Positions 43,501 through 55,788 of a stretch of DNA of 64,000 nt are shown here, piece by piece (position 1 is the first letter of the stretch; the number at the start of each line of letters is the position of its first letter). Source of the DNA: Bilabrum cf. latius (lineage: Eukaryota); NCBI GenBank assembly GCA_965178125.1, contig CBCXTV010000001.1, forward strand, positions 124,001-188,000. The letters are read 5' to 3'. Under the pieces are notes generated by a model that worked only from the letters and a program-made list of their open reading frames with translations, did no database searches and was not told the origin of the DNA. The position numbers and the translations under genes were made by a program.

Positions 43501-46319
43501 GAGGCCCTAGAGTGGCCCTTCTCCGCTTCAATTCCTGTCCCAAATCCGATTCCCATTTCGAGACCGAAAAAGGTGACCCGGAAAACGACGGTACTCTCCG
43601 TCACTCCATCTGGCGGCGAAAATTGCCTCAGTTTCCGGTCCCCGATTCCGGGCCCAGGGACCCCCGAAATTCCCGATTCCGCGCAGTGCCGAAAGCTCGA
43701 CATAAACCACAAACACGACACACAACACAACACGATAGCGCCTCCCCACGCGCGGGATTGGGTCCTTCCGCTCGCTGCATGTGAGCTGCAGTGTGTTCTT
43801 GCCGGGAATGTCACTGGAAGTCGCGCTGCAGTCTGCTCAGGGCGCCTTATGACCATGAAGGCGTCTCAGCACCCGCGACGGCAAGAGGGGGCACGCACGA
43901 CGTTGCGAAGCACCCGCCCTGGGTGAAGAAACTGCGTATCCACAGGAGTCACGTTCAGGTGCGCGAGAATTGGAAAGGCGGGGTAACTGGTGCAGAGGAG
44001 CTTGTTCGCAGCGCGGCTTCCACCAGCGCCGCTGACGGTAAGATGCATCGGTCTCGGTACATGAGTCGGCACGGTGTTGCGTGATTGACTTCACGATGCG
44101 GGAGTGTGCAGCCTTCCGCAGCGGGAGAATTGTATCTCCCCACGACCGCCGAAAAAAAAAAGAAGGCTATGCTGGACTCGTTCCAGGGAAGGCTATGCGA
44201 TGAGTATCTCTAGGCGCTTTCCGGAAGACCCACCCACTACACGCTGGTCAGCCCTCCCAAGCGGGAGTGAACCGCGGATCCGCGGGCCCGTGAGCGCTGC
44301 TGCTACGATCATTTCTGCCCGTTTGACTCTCGCCCACTCTTGCCGTGACCAAAGACGCGCAGATCCTTATGACGCATGACACCTCGTCGAGGTGTCGAGA
44401 CTGCCTCACATTCCCGTTACAAAGACCCACAGCACTGCGACAACGAAATCGGTCACGAAGAGAGCAAGAGGCCGCGCACCTGAGCATCACAAAAACCCCG
44501 AGAGACATAAACAACACCGTCCCGTGAAGTCCCTGCGACGAGGGGATGCTAAGCGGCTCCCACGGCGGCTCCTCTGCGGGAAAAGCTGCCGCAGACCTCG
44601 AGATGGGATGCACATGACTGCGAAGATTGCGGAACTCGTCCGAAGCCGGTCGCACGAGGGTCACAGCGAATGGAGGCATATCTATGAAATAGAGTCTGCG
44701 TGCAAAGCAGCATTCCAACGATCGTCCGCATTCTTCCGAGCAAATCCTTGGGAGCACACATCCTGCGGACGACATCTCTTTTCTATCCACCCCAGCGTAC
44801 TCCCCGCACACACTTCTCGCGAATGATTGAGAATTCTGTGCGGCACATGTAATATCAGGCTACCATGATACGCGGAATGGCGTGCTATTGCTCGCACGTT
44901 CGTGCGCCCCCTTCCGAATGCGCTTACCACATCACTATGTTCGTCGGCAACCGTATACACCGTAGGGGTCTTCCCTCCGACACCAAGCGTACACGACTGG
45001 CCGTAATAGCGCAGCGTAGATGTTTCGGACGTCGCCCAGGACAAGTGTCGACGCCCGGTTCGTCACGATCACTACGTGTGCACTTCACTCACCGCCCTCC
45101 AGCCGCTAGACTTCTTTTGGAGCGCGACATCCTACGACGCGCTATGACACGTAGCCGTAAACCGCAGACGGCCTCGCGTTCACTGCTTGCAGCGCAAGAG
45201 CGTGAACAAGAACCGCCCGCGTGGCACACCTTCGCAGGCGCGGAAGACAAAAAGTTCCTTCTAAGCTTGTATTCGGGTCCGAAAGCCAAATTCCACTTCG
45301 GGGTCGAGAAGGGCGACCCGGGAAATCACCGTACGCTCTGTGAATCCATTTCCCGGGGAAAGTCCCCGAGTTCCCGCTACCCGGTCCCAGGCCCAGCGAC
45401 CCAGGAAAGTTCCCGTCCCCCCGCATGCGGAAACCTCCCACGAAGCACGCCCACCTCACGCTTCACACGCAAAAGTCCAGGAGTCAAATCCATTCCGGAC
45501 CCAGCAGTTCACCCCCCGTGACGATTGGGAAAGGCTCTTGCACACACCTTCTCGTCCGAGCAGTCTATGGAGCACACACCTGTCTTCGTTGCCTTTTCCG
45601 GCCAAAAATGCAGGGAGTTCGAAGGGGAAGTAGCAAGCGCGGAAGACCGCTTTCGAAACGCAGGTGCTCAGGGAAAAACAACCAGAGCGTCCCTGATCCT
45701 CGGCAGAGCCGTCCAGGAGGGACGGGCACGGACGGGCATCGCAGATCTTGCAGCGCCACCATTCGCCGGGATGGGCGACCGGACGAGGGCGACCACAAGT
45801 ACGTAGCGTGCGACGTCCGTCAGTCGCCATGTTGCGCTGATTCGCTTTCGCGGCACGACTTCCAGGGCCGGCCTTACTCACTCCTCGGAGTCCGCGTGTG
45901 GATTCTCCCCTGCGCATGATCTGCCGCTCTAGATGCTACACAAAGATCCCGCTCGGATGACCCCCTCTGTGCATTCTGCAAGATTTTACGCGCCTCCATT
46001 CAATGCGCGAAGCATGCACCGCAGCAGTCTGAGTCCGGTGACCACCTTCAATAGCGTGGGACAAATTCCGTCCGCGATGTGCATTCGGGCATGCTCCCCT
46101 TTCCGAGTCTCTGTGACCCGTAGTGCGTCCGCGGCCAACGACTCAGGACTCCACGATGGTACGCACGAGTTGCATTCCTTGCACGAAGCGTGCGGAGAGA
46201 AAGCGATGCTCAGACATCGAGGCGCTTGGAGGGTCTGCACGCGACATGCTTCGAGAGGCCATGCAAACATGCGAAACCAGAACTGAGGTTCCTCATCGTT
46301 CCTGCTGTCGAGCGCTCAA

Positions 46320-49052
46320 TTGGGGCATCGGATCAGGACGAAGCTCGCGAAGAGAGGGCGCGGGTGTCCCCATCCAAAAATCCGCCGCCTTCAAGGCTCA
46401 TGTTCCCGGATCCTGCATTCGCGAGTTTCGGGAGCAGAAGTGCAAGATCGCCGCTGGACACACAGCGCATGCCATTTCCCGTCTCTGGAGATGTCGGGCT
46501 TCCAGGCGCAATTCGGACACCATCGCCAGGACCTCGGGAAGATGACATGTCTGCTGATCTGCAGGGAAGAGTCCCGCTTCGAGGAGTGGCGACAAAAAAA
46601 AGGGGCGCGAGAACTCCACGAGCACATGGGAGCGGTCCTTCGGCTCCCCAATCCAGTGTTTCCGCAGACCGACAGGGACCCAGATGGACGCGACATCGTC
46701 AAAGACCAGGCCCTCTTGGATATCTTCTCCGGCAAGATAACGGACTGGAGCAAATACAATCCGGCCACTGTTGGGGCGATCCAATCCCATCGAAACGCAT
46801 GGCTGTGGGCTGAGAACCACACGCCGACGGAATGGCTCATGGTTGTCGAAGATGATATCGAACCTCGCGAAGCATGCGTGGATCGGCTACTCGTAGTTCT
46901 TCACGCCATCGCGAAAAACCCCAAGGTGACGCAGATGGCCATGTTAGCGGGGTCAGAAGCACCGAGAATGGTCACCCTCCAGCACGAAAACTCCACCTCC
47001 ATCCACAATTGCGAGCGCCTCTTGGACGTGCGGACCTATCCGGCGCACTGGGTAGACAACACATTTGTGGTCCCCTACCACGTCGGCATGGGCCTAAAGT
47101 GGTATCTCATCAGCCCGGAGGGGAGGAAGGCGCTCCTGAAGATGCGGATCCCGAACCGAAGCTTCGAACGCTGCGTCTGGCGCCGCCTCTTCGACACGTT
47201 CCAAGGGCCGGTATGGAAGTGGGGAGATTGCCTCCGCATGACATCTGTGCTGGCAGCCAGCCCGGTCCTCGCATCGACTCCCGAGAGCATGGACACGGAG
47301 TGGGGGGGCTCGGGACGACGAAGTGCGGATGCAGGGCACAGTATGAAACCGTACATAATGGTCGACCCGAGTGACGACTGGACTCTTGGCGAGCGATTAA
47401 ACACATTGTCCGTCGTGATGTCCGTGTGCGCGGCCCTGAGTTGGGGGGTTGTCCTCGTCTGGGAAAAAACAGAGCGCGTGCCCATCTCCTACGAAGACTT
47501 GTGCGGTGTTCACGAGCACGCCGGCGAAACCAACACGTTCGTCCACCTCCTCCAGGACAAACGCGGCGGGTCGTATTCGTACTTCCTGAGGTACGGAGAC
47601 ATCCGCATCCACGTGGTGCAGCCGATGATGTGCATCCCCACCCTCGACAGAATGCTCGACATGGTAGCCCTGAAGAGGCCCAAGATGAACACCCTGCCTC
47701 CCTTGAAATGGCAGACCGCTCGATGGATCCAAGTCAAGCAGAAGTGGATCGATAAACTCCACACGGAGATGCCGGGGGCCGAGCTGCCCTCATGGCTGGA
47801 GTGGCCACCCTCAACCCACGCGCTTGTCCTCTGCGACGACAGGGACTTGGCGGCGCACTGCCTCGAGGGGAGATGCCAAAAGGAGCAGCAGGAGTGGATG
47901 AACGACGGGAAGGACAACAGCATCCAGCACTACATCCTTGAGGCAAAGCAAGCGCTGCAGAACGAGTTGGAAGACATCCTAAAGGGGGACAGCAGCTCAC
48001 GCCTCGTCGTGATCCGCATGACAACCAAACTGCTGGGACAGGTCTGGGTGGACATGATGAAGCACCTCACGAAGCAGTTCGGGAAGCGCATCATAACGCC
48101 AACGTTCCTCCTCCCGAAAATGATCCCCAAAAGGAGGCACGACGAAAAGAACCCGAGTGATGATTGGATTACTTGGGGAGCATCCTTGGCGAAAACCGTG
48201 GGCCTCCTCACGCTCATACCTCCGATGCAAGTGCACTATCCCATCATGAGCTGGACCGTGGCCTGGAACCACTTCATGTTTAAGGGCAGGACTGCCACGG
48301 ACACCGTGATCCCAGACGTCATCCGAACTCTGTACGCTCCGCACAAGAGCAACAGGAAGCAGCTCCTCAAGAACGGCCCGCTGTGCCAGACGAGGCGCGC
48401 CGTGCTGGACTCGCCCGCACTGCGGGACATTGCGAACAACTACTCAAGGGCCAAGGACAAGACCTATAACCTCTTGAGTTATTCCAAATGGTTTGCCGAA
48501 GAAGCCATGTGGCACATGATCAAGTACGCGGAAAGCACGCAGTGCATCGTCGACCCGTTCGTGAGCCGCCAGTGCCAAAAGGTCTTCGAGCACATCCCCT
48601 CGGACGACATCGGCCATGCGGACGCCCGGCTCCGGTACAACCTTCAGGATGCCGACGACCGAGGTTACCGCTTCAACGCGGGGCATCTCTACACCGCGGT
48701 GCAGGGCATCAAAACGGTGAACATCGCATACAACAAGTGGCTCACCGAGCAGGCACAGAGTCATTCCGAATGGAGCTGGGGCAAAACGTTCATCAAGCTT
48801 GTGATCAACCAGTGGCGGCAGCAGCAGGGCAGTGAGCCGTATGACGTGGACGAGGAGGACTACGTGAGCCTTCCGCGGACCTTCCACGGGAATTCGTTGA
48901 AGCTCGCGAGGAGCGTAAGCCTCCAGGACACGAGATCCTGCTCCAGATCGTCCTCATCCTATTCCAGGTCGCCCTCCACCAACAGGACTGAGGCACAGCC
49001 TTCGAAGAGAGCGCGCCTGACCCCGGCACCCGGCGTAAAGCACGAGCCCTGA
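46320..49052 (+). CDS. GT25-like large protein, copy 2
   Basis: Same ORF with one R>H change (LQREN vs LQHEN). Confidence 0.65.
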   Translation: MGHRIRTKLAKRGRGCPHPKIRRLQGSCSRILHSRVSGAEVQDRRWTHSACHFPSLEMSGFQAQFGHHRQDLGKMTCLLICREESRFEEWRQKKGARELHEHMGAVLRLPNPVFPQTDRDPDGRDIVKDQALLDIFSGKITDWSKYNPATVGAIQSHRNAWLWAENHTPTEWLMVVEDDIEPREACVDRLLVVLHAIAKNPKVTQMAMLAGSEAPRMVTLQHENSTSIHNCERLLDVRTYPAHWVDNTFVVPYHVGMGLKWYLISPEGRKALLKMRIPNRSFERCVWRRLFDTFQGPVWKWGDCLRMTSVLAASPVLASTPESMDTEWGGSGRRSADAGHSMKPYIMVDPSDDWTLGERLNTLSVVMSVCAALSWGVVLVWEKTERVPISYEDLCGVHEHAGETNTFVHLLQDKRGGSYSYFLRYGDIRIHVVQPMMCIPTLDRMLDMVALKRPKMNTLPPLKWQTARWIQVKQKWIDKLHTEMPGAELPSWLEWPPSTHALVLCDDRDLAAHCLEGRCQKEQQEWMNDGKDNSIQHYILEAKQALQNELEDILKGDSSSRLVVIRMTTKLLGQVWVDMMKHLTKQFGKRIITPTFLLPKMIPKRRHDEKNPSDDWITWGASLAKTVGLLTLIPPMQVHYPIMSWTVAWNHFMFKGRTATDTVIPDVIRTLYAPHKSNRKQLLKNGPLCQTRRAVLDSPALRDIANNYSRAKDKTYNLLSYSKWFAEEAMWHMIKYAESTQCIVDPFVSRQCQKVFEHIPSDDIGHADARLRYNLQDADDRGYRFNAGHLYTAVQGIKTVNIAYNKWLTEQAQSHSEWSWGKTFIKLVINQWRQQQGSEPYDVDEEDYVSLPRTFHGNSLKLARSVSLQDTRSCSRSSSSYSRSPSTNRTEAQPSKRARLTPAPGVKHEP

Positions 49053-49926
49053 CGACGAAATGCCGCAGAACAGCGCGTTGCGGGGAGACAAAGCTCCGCG
49101 GGCAACAGCAGAAGGCCGCCGAGCGCCGGAGTTGGAGGGTCACATAGTTCCATCGGTCCCATTCTCTCCGGAAGTCGCATAGCACGTAGAGATCCGCATG
49201 CTCTCGGTGCATGAACGCTGGCAGCACGCAGTGCCAAAGTCGCAAAGCGCTTCAGAGTCACAAGTCCAGAAGTTCTTCTGCCAATGTGTGTCCTCTTCCC
49301 GCTCATGTGTGCATCCTCGGAGGAAGTCTGGAGATGACAGGACCCAGCACGCAGCACATCAGAAGTCCTTTTTTAAAGCGGCATCGTCAGACAAAAATCT
49401 GGAACGCCCTTCCGCAAAAAAGAGTGCTGCCCACAGAAAAAAGGGAAACACCTGAGGCCCCAGAAGCCAAAGGGAGGACCGCGAAGGACGCAGTTTCGAG
49501 GTCACACTTTCCGGGACCAGTTTTGAGCCCAAAAAGGGGTACACAAGAGGAAAACACGATGCGGGAGGCTTGAAATTGTCACCGAAAACGGGCCCAAAAT
49601 TGGGACCCCTTTTTCGCAAATTTCGCAGCATCCAGACGACCCAGAAAGGCTTTCCCAGGCGCCGCCTCGAAGCTCACCTTCTCGCATGCAACCATGACGC
49701 AGCCCCACCTCCTCATGCAGACGCGTCTGAGAGACCCCGCAGTGGAACTTCTCCCATTCTGCGCAGGAAGCACCTCAGTCTACAAGGACCCGCGCACTTC
49801 TTACCGCACCACCTCCATGTGAAAGCACTTCTCGCGGAGTTTTTTTCGGGCCCAGGAATACAGCAACTGCCAGAAGCTTCGCACAGAAAAGCAGCCCACT
49901 CAGGAAGCAAACTCACTGCACACCCC

Positions 49927-50397
49927 ATGGCGAGCGACGCAGAACCGGAGGACGCAATGCGGCTCGACTCCCCTAGAGATGCGGATGCAGCGGCGCCACC
50001 CGAAGCGACGGAGGCAGGATCACAGAAACCAGATCATGCGCAGCAGTTCTTCGAGGAGCCCTGCCCGAAAGACGGACACATGGAAGCGCCAGAGAAGACC
50101 GCCAAGACGGACGAACCTGGCGACACACCCATGTTCGTCGACAAGTGGACGGCAGCGATCACACGCCTTACCGAGGAGCGCAAGGCTCTCAAGCTCGAGC
50201 AGCGGGCTAAAACGAAGGCCATCCGCAAAACCATCCGGCAGAAAAGGCGCACCATGAAGAACGCCAAAAAACTCACAGACGACGAGCTCGCCCAAATCGT
50301 GCTAGACAGGAAGATCTTGCAGTTGGTGCAAAAAGAAGAGATCGCAGCACGCAGCTCCGCCAACTCCTCAACGAGCCAGGCGAAGTCGACCTTGTGA
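49927..50397 (+). CDS. Small basic coiled-coil protein, copy 2
   Basis: Same ORF with two substitutions (L>P, L>M). Confidence 0.6.
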   Translation: MASDAEPEDAMRLDSPRDADAAAPPEATEAGSQKPDHAQQFFEEPCPKDGHMEAPEKTAKTDEPGDTPMFVDKWTAAITRLTEERKALKLEQRAKTKAIRKTIRQKRRTMKNAKKLTDDELAQIVLDRKILQLVQKEEIAARSSANSSTSQAKSTL

Positions 50398-50818
50398 GAA
50401 GCGCTTCCCGTGTTCAGAGAACCGAGGATTACAGATAGACCCCGCGTCACAGAAGCCATCGCAAGAGGGCAGAGCGTCAAGTACAGCGCAGTCTTGACGG
50501 ACACAGATAGCCCGAGCAGCACAAAGCAGCGGATGCGGCTGCCCAGCGGAGTCGCGCACTCGGACAGCATACACGGGACGTGCTGGCAGAAATCACTCAG
50601 TCCGCGAGCACCGTCGTCAAGAGCACGGGAGGGGCAGACTCGACATGCACAACTTTGAAAAACGGGAGGGCACGAAAGGAAGACAAATTTGGCATTAATC
50701 CTTGATTACCCCCGCCCCCCCGTAGAATCAGAGCGAGGAGATATGCTCGGAAGGTCCGGGGGGCAGTCGCAGAAAAGTGCACGCGAAAATAAGAGGAAAG
50801 GAGACCCCCCAAACCCAC

Positions 50819-50882
50819 GTAGTGCGACCCTCGGGGGTACCCTCTAAGGTACTAAGAATCCTTCCCCCGAAAATCGCACTAC
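50819..50882. promoter_or_regulatory. Stem-loop A, copy 2
   Basis: Same sequence at +27195. Confidence 0.6.
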
Positions 50883-51571
50883 ATCGGTCCCTGGCGTCGG
50901 GGAAAGCGGAAAAAAGGGGAGCACTACCGTGAAAAAATCCTGCATTTTACAGGAAAATCGGAGCACTACGTGTCAAAAACTGGGGGTTTTTGAGGTTTTT
51001 TTTCCAGAAAAACGGCATTTTTTTATGTAAAAACCGCGCGAAACGAGCACTACCGAGCACTACATCGCCTCCTCCAGTCGTGTTTCGCATTTTTTTCGCT
51101 GGCCGAAAATGTCTCCGAAGGCGCTGCCTCGAGGGGGGGTTCCGATGGCTGATTTTGGGCGTTCTGTTGTCGATTTCGCGTGCATTTCAGGTTGTCGGCG
51201 AGGCCTTTTTGGCGTATGTCGCAGTTCGGATGCCCTCGAACGTCGTGTCTCATGTGGTATTCGCCGGTTTCTATGTTGGAGAAGGCGGTCGGTCGATCAT
51301 CCTCTCTGGCAGGCTCCGAAGTGCGTTTGTGATCGTGCTAATTGCAACGCCATGCTTTCCTTCGTTGGCTTCGAGAATCCTTCCCTCGGAAGCGGTAGTA
51401 CCTCGCCCAGGGCGGCACGAGCTGCAGACTCAGCTGCCTCGGTGCTCATGTGTGTCCCGTGTCAGCAGTTTCGGTGTTACGAACAGCAAGGATTCTGGGC
51501 ATTGCGTGTCGGAGGCAAGTGTTCTATCTTGAGGCATTCCGCGATTCGTCGAAGGATTATTTGCGCAAATA

Positions 51572-53857
51572 ATGTCGGCTCCGTTCAAGGGCGAAACGAT
51601 GAGTTTGTCTGTTGCCGAGTCGCTGAAGTCCCGAGTCGCATCCTGCTCCTGGGATCCCGCGTGGGTTTCCGCGAGCTGCGTGCCGTGCGATGGCCTCCCC
51701 ACAAGCCAGGAGTCAGAAGCGTCCACGACGGCGACCTCTGCTTTGTTAGGGGTGTCCGAGGCGTCCCCAACGTGCTCGTGTGGCCTCGGTGTCTCCAATT
51801 CGGTGGCTGCAGCGCGCGCGGCCGCTGTCCCGAGTTTTGGCTTTGACGATGCGGAGAACGACTTCGACGCCAGTCTCGACATGATTGAGGCCTCATGCGA
51901 GGTCGCATGCGAGGCAGAATGCGAGGGCGATCCGGGAGCCTGCTTGTTGTCCCACGGCAAGTCGAGCGGTCAGTGGCAGATCGGCGTAGTGGGTGAACGA
52001 GTCCTTTATGAGGGCCTCAGCGTTGAGGGCGACATTCCTGGCCGCGTTGCTGCCTCCGAAGCGCTCGCCGCGGGTGTCATCAATTTGGAACCCCCGTCAG
52101 AGGAAGTACTTTTGCCGGTGCAGCTTCTGCGGAGTAGTCAAGGTTACCGTGGGGTTCTGCCCATCGAGGATTCTGCGCCCGATGCGAGGGGGCGACCGCA
52201 GATGCTCATGCTCCCCGATTTCGTGCCCCGCGTGAAGAGGCGGCGTCTTCGGCAGAAGTGCGACCCTGCTGAGGGCGATGCAGCACCGAGTCTTGCGGCT
52301 CATCTCGGACCTCCGCCCGCGGCTCGTGCCGCGGCCGGAGCGTCTGGGCCGCAGCGCTCGACTGGAAGGCCTTCGACTCGTCCTATTGATAGTGTCATCT
52401 ATCGTCTCCTGCGGGTTTTCCCTGACGATTTCAAGTTGGCGTTTCCGGCGTCGGTGTCACACCAGCGGAAGCGGTGCCTCATCAGGGAGGCGCTTCGCAA
52501 TGTACCCGGTGACCGCATGTGCATCTTGAAAGACTGGGCTGCGGGGGCGGAGGACACTCCTTGCCAGCTTCGTTTCGAGGAGCTCTTCCCGGAGCTTGCG
52601 CGGCAGCGGGACGAAGTTGTGAGGAATCCGGGATCGCACTCAGTGCCCGTGGGCGAGATTGTGCCTGCGTCCGACAAGAACACGAGGCGGGGAAGGGCCG
52701 TGATGCTTACCTTTCACGGTCGCTGGGGTGTCGAAAAGGAGCCTGTGCGCGACATCATGTCGGCATCCGTGGCAAGGGGCGTCCTGAGGCGATTGGTTCT
52801 CGCGTCTCCGTTCTATGTGGAGCTTTGGGCCACCTTCAAGGCATGGGCGCAGGACATCGCGCGGCGGATGATGTGGCCTCAGCTGTCCATGAAAATGGAG
52901 CTCTCCCTGCACCGCAAGCACGCCGCAAACTTGGTGCACTTCCACGTATGCATGACGGATTCCGAGAAGTCGCATCGTTGTCGCGTGGCGGAGGATTTCA
53001 TGTGGGCCGGCAGCAGGCCGAATGTCGTCTACGGCTCCGGGCGGTCAGCGAAGGCGCAGGAACGTGGCGCGTCGGAGTTACACTATTATTGTCAAGCTCC
53101 CAAAGTCGGTGCGCTGCTTTGCGCCACGAACTACCGAGCCGGACGCGATTTCGTCGTCAATGGTAAGTTCGTGCACGCGTTGTTCGCACGCTTCAAAATG
53201 GATCCGGACGTCGCGAGAAGGGAACTCGTGGCGTATCGGTGTCGGGACGCCGAGAACTTAGTGCGCGCCATCGACTTCCACATACAGAATACCGCGGAGA
53301 GGAGAGAGGTGTGCGCGCAGGCCGCGGTGCACGTAGTGACGAAGCTCCGCCCCTTTAAGGTGGTGCCCGAAGTCGAGAAGTGGCGCGAGAGCTATCGTCA
53401 GGAGTGGTTCGCGCACATGCGCTTCAAGTTCCTTGTCTTGGTGGGGGACTCCCGGTTCGGGAAGACAGTGTACGCGCGGAATCTCTTCGGGAGCGAAAGG
53501 ACTCTTGTTGTGAACTGTCAGGGCAGTGTGGAACCTCCGCTCCGTGGCTTCGATCGAAGTCGGCATGTGGCCATTGTGTTCGACGAGGCAAATGCCCTGT
53601 GGGTCGTCAACAACAAACAGGTCTTTCAGGCTGGCCTTGACCCCTCCCTGCTCGGCCAGAGCAAGACGAACAGCCTCGCATACTCTGTGTGGCTCCACGG
53701 TATCGCCCTGATCATCTGCACGAATTCGTGGGGCTCTGACGTGACGGAGTCGGCGGACCGCGATTGGCTTGACAACAACTGCACGAAAGTGGAGGTGAAA
53801 GATCGGCTCTACTTCGACGAGGACTTGTTGTCTCTCACGGATGTGCAGAAGAGCTGA
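51572..53857 (+). CDS. rep: Rolling-circle Rep (HUH + SF3 helicase), copy 2
   Basis: Same 761-aa translation as 24377..26662. Confidence 0.92.
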   Translation: MSAPFKGETMSLSVAESLKSRVASCSWDPAWVSASCVPCDGLPTSQESEASTTATSALLGVSEASPTCSCGLGVSNSVAAARAAAVPSFGFDDAENDFDASLDMIEASCEVACEAECEGDPGACLLSHGKSSGQWQIGVVGERVLYEGLSVEGDIPGRVAASEALAAGVINLEPPSEEVLLPVQLLRSSQGYRGVLPIEDSAPDARGRPQMLMLPDFVPRVKRRRLRQKCDPAEGDAAPSLAAHLGPPPAARAAAGASGPQRSTGRPSTRPIDSVIYRLLRVFPDDFKLAFPASVSHQRKRCLIREALRNVPGDRMCILKDWAAGAEDTPCQLRFEELFPELARQRDEVVRNPGSHSVPVGEIVPASDKNTRRGRAVMLTFHGRWGVEKEPVRDIMSASVARGVLRRLVLASPFYVELWATFKAWAQDIARRMMWPQLSMKMELSLHRKHAANLVHFHVCMTDSEKSHRCRVAEDFMWAGSRPNVVYGSGRSAKAQERGASELHYYCQAPKVGALLCATNYRAGRDFVVNGKFVHALFARFKMDPDVARRELVAYRCRDAENLVRAIDFHIQNTAERREVCAQAAVHVVTKLRPFKVVPEVEKWRESYRQEWFAHMRFKFLVLVGDSRFGKTVYARNLFGSERTLVVNCQGSVEPPLRGFDRSRHVAIVFDEANALWVVNNKQVFQAGLDPSLLGQSKTNSLAYSVWLHGIALIICTNSWGSDVTESADRDWLDNNCTKVEVKDRLYFDEDLLSLTDVQKS

Positions 53858-54102
53858 CGCCGGCCGCTGAGGTTTTCAGTCCGGTTCACACGAGCGCCGG
53901 AGCCGCAGCGGCAGCCGCTTCGGTGCTCCTGAAGGTCTAATGTCCTCAATGCGTTTCGTGTGCAAAAAGGATGTGGTTTCTACATGGGGGCATTCCGCAA
54001 GTTTCATGTGGTCCGTCGCGTTCGTCCGGGGGAGTGCTTGCCTAGTATTGGGAGCTTGCCTGACACACACACACGTGGCACCCAGCCTGATGGGTTGCAA
54101 GT

Positions 54103-54954
54103 GTGTGTGTGTCTCCGCAGTGCCGCGGTTGGGACCCGGCGGGTCGTTTGCTTTTACGTCGCCGCGTCGCGCGCCGACGAGACATTTCTTGGTCTCAGAA
54201 GCCTCTGCTTCCGGTAGGCGCGCCGTGTACACTCGCGGGCCGAAGGTGGGTGCGTTGCTTGATGGCCTACGTCGGTATCGCCGATGCACCGTATGTGCCC
54301 GTGGTTGCCGCGTCGACCTCCGAGCACGCCCCGGAGGGCGAGGTGGAGATGATGCTTGCGCCTCTTGCCGGAGATGTCGGTTTCAAGCGGCCTCGCGTGT
54401 TTCCTCCCGGTTCGCGACTTCTTCCTAAGTCGCCGGCCCATCCGGCGGTGCTCATAACAGCGCTCGGCAGTGAGGCACCCCAGGACACACAGTGCGTCGT
54501 TTGGTCGGACTCTAAGGCTTTCGACCTCGCGGAGTTTGTATGCTCTTCCTGCGGCTGCAATCGTGTCATGGCGGACCTGAATCATCGTATGCGTGATCGT
54601 CTCGTACGTCGCGTGCAGCGCACGCTTTATGCCGATGATTCTCCGTGCGGCAGGGGTGCGATTTCGTGTCGTGCTTGTCGCGAGAAGGCGCGCGACGCGG
54701 CGCCGAAGACGTCGATTATGAACGCGGCGAACAAGAAGAAGATCTCGGGAACTCTTCGCATGCAGTTGGATCTCATTGTAGAGACCGGGGAGCGGAAGGG
54801 TCAGCGTTGTACTGCGGAGAAAATTCTGACATTGGGAACGATGAAGCAGCACAGGGTTTTCGAGAGGGACCTTTACGATGAGGCATGGCGCGGGCTTGTT
54901 CGTCTGTCTGGACGCGAGGCTTGGAGCGATGACGACTCGTGGTCTCCGCGTTGA
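54103..54954 (+). CDS. CxxC protein downstream of rep, copy 2
   Basis: Same translation. Confidence 0.55.
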   Translation: MCVSPQCRGWDPAGRLLLRRRVARRRDISWSQKPLLPVGAPCTLAGRRWVRCLMAYVGIADAPYVPVVAASTSEHAPEGEVEMMLAPLAGDVGFKRPRVFPPGSRLLPKSPAHPAVLITALGSEAPQDTQCVVWSDSKAFDLAEFVCSSCGCNRVMADLNHRMRDRLVRRVQRTLYADDSPCGRGAISCRACREKARDAAPKTSIMNAANKKKISGTLRMQLDLIVETGERKGQRCTAEKILTLGTMKQHRVFERDLYDEAWRGLVRLSGREAWSDDDSWSPR

Positions 54955-55788
54955 GCTTGCGTGACGGTTTTCCCTCTTAACCTGGCCTCTTGCGTGGCGC
55001 TGCTTCCGCGTGTGGCCTGAGCGTGCGACCTAAGCGTTCGGCCTGCTGTCGCGTGTGACCTGAGCGAACGGGCGCTCGACAGTATCCCGCGTTTGTTGCT
55101 TCTGGGGTTCAAGAAACTTGTACTTTTTGGGCTGTACGGTGGTCAGTGGTGCACGGTTCGTTCGCAGCCTCCGCGTTGTTGGAAAGCTATGGTGGAGCAT
55201 GGTTCTTTTCGCAGCCTCCGCGTTGTGATCAAGCTACGGTGGAGCATGGTTCGTGAGCATGGTTCTTTTCGCAGCCTCCGCGTTGTTGACACGTGAAAGC
55301 TACGCGAACGTGACCACACAATAGGCCATACCCCAGGTGAAATCCGGACTCGGACATCCAGACGAAACGGCATCATGCACACTGTTGAACACACAAATGA
55401 CACTGAGCTCCACCGTAACGTAACTTTCCATCACCACCTGGTTTATTTTCTCCGCGATGGCAGCTTAGCGGTGACGCTGTGTCTTCGGGCATGAAGGGGC
55501 AAATCTTTGATTTTTTGGGCCCTGTTTCGGTCACCGAAAAGTCGTGTGATTTCTGGCGCGCAGGAGGAGTGACGCAAGGTATTTCTGAACCGTTTTCCGG
55601 ACGCTTTCCGGGCCTCCCATGTGACCGCTTTTTGCGTACCGAAACACGTTCCGCGCGTGAGGAGCAGATGCGGATCTCCGCGGGGTCCTAGTTGTGTCCT
55701 TTTTCGGGGGACGAAATCGGGCGCACTTGTCGTGCCGATTCGTGGTCGTCTCTGAGACCGGCTGCGAGTCGGGAAAGGTGCCCGGGAG

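Larger units (their letters stand above)
27196..54390 (+). repeat. Tandem unit copy 2
   Basis: Collinear with copy 1 at constant offset; only isolated SNPs seen (e.g. 28272, 28899, 29050-51, 29303, 30453, 35983). Confidence 0.99.
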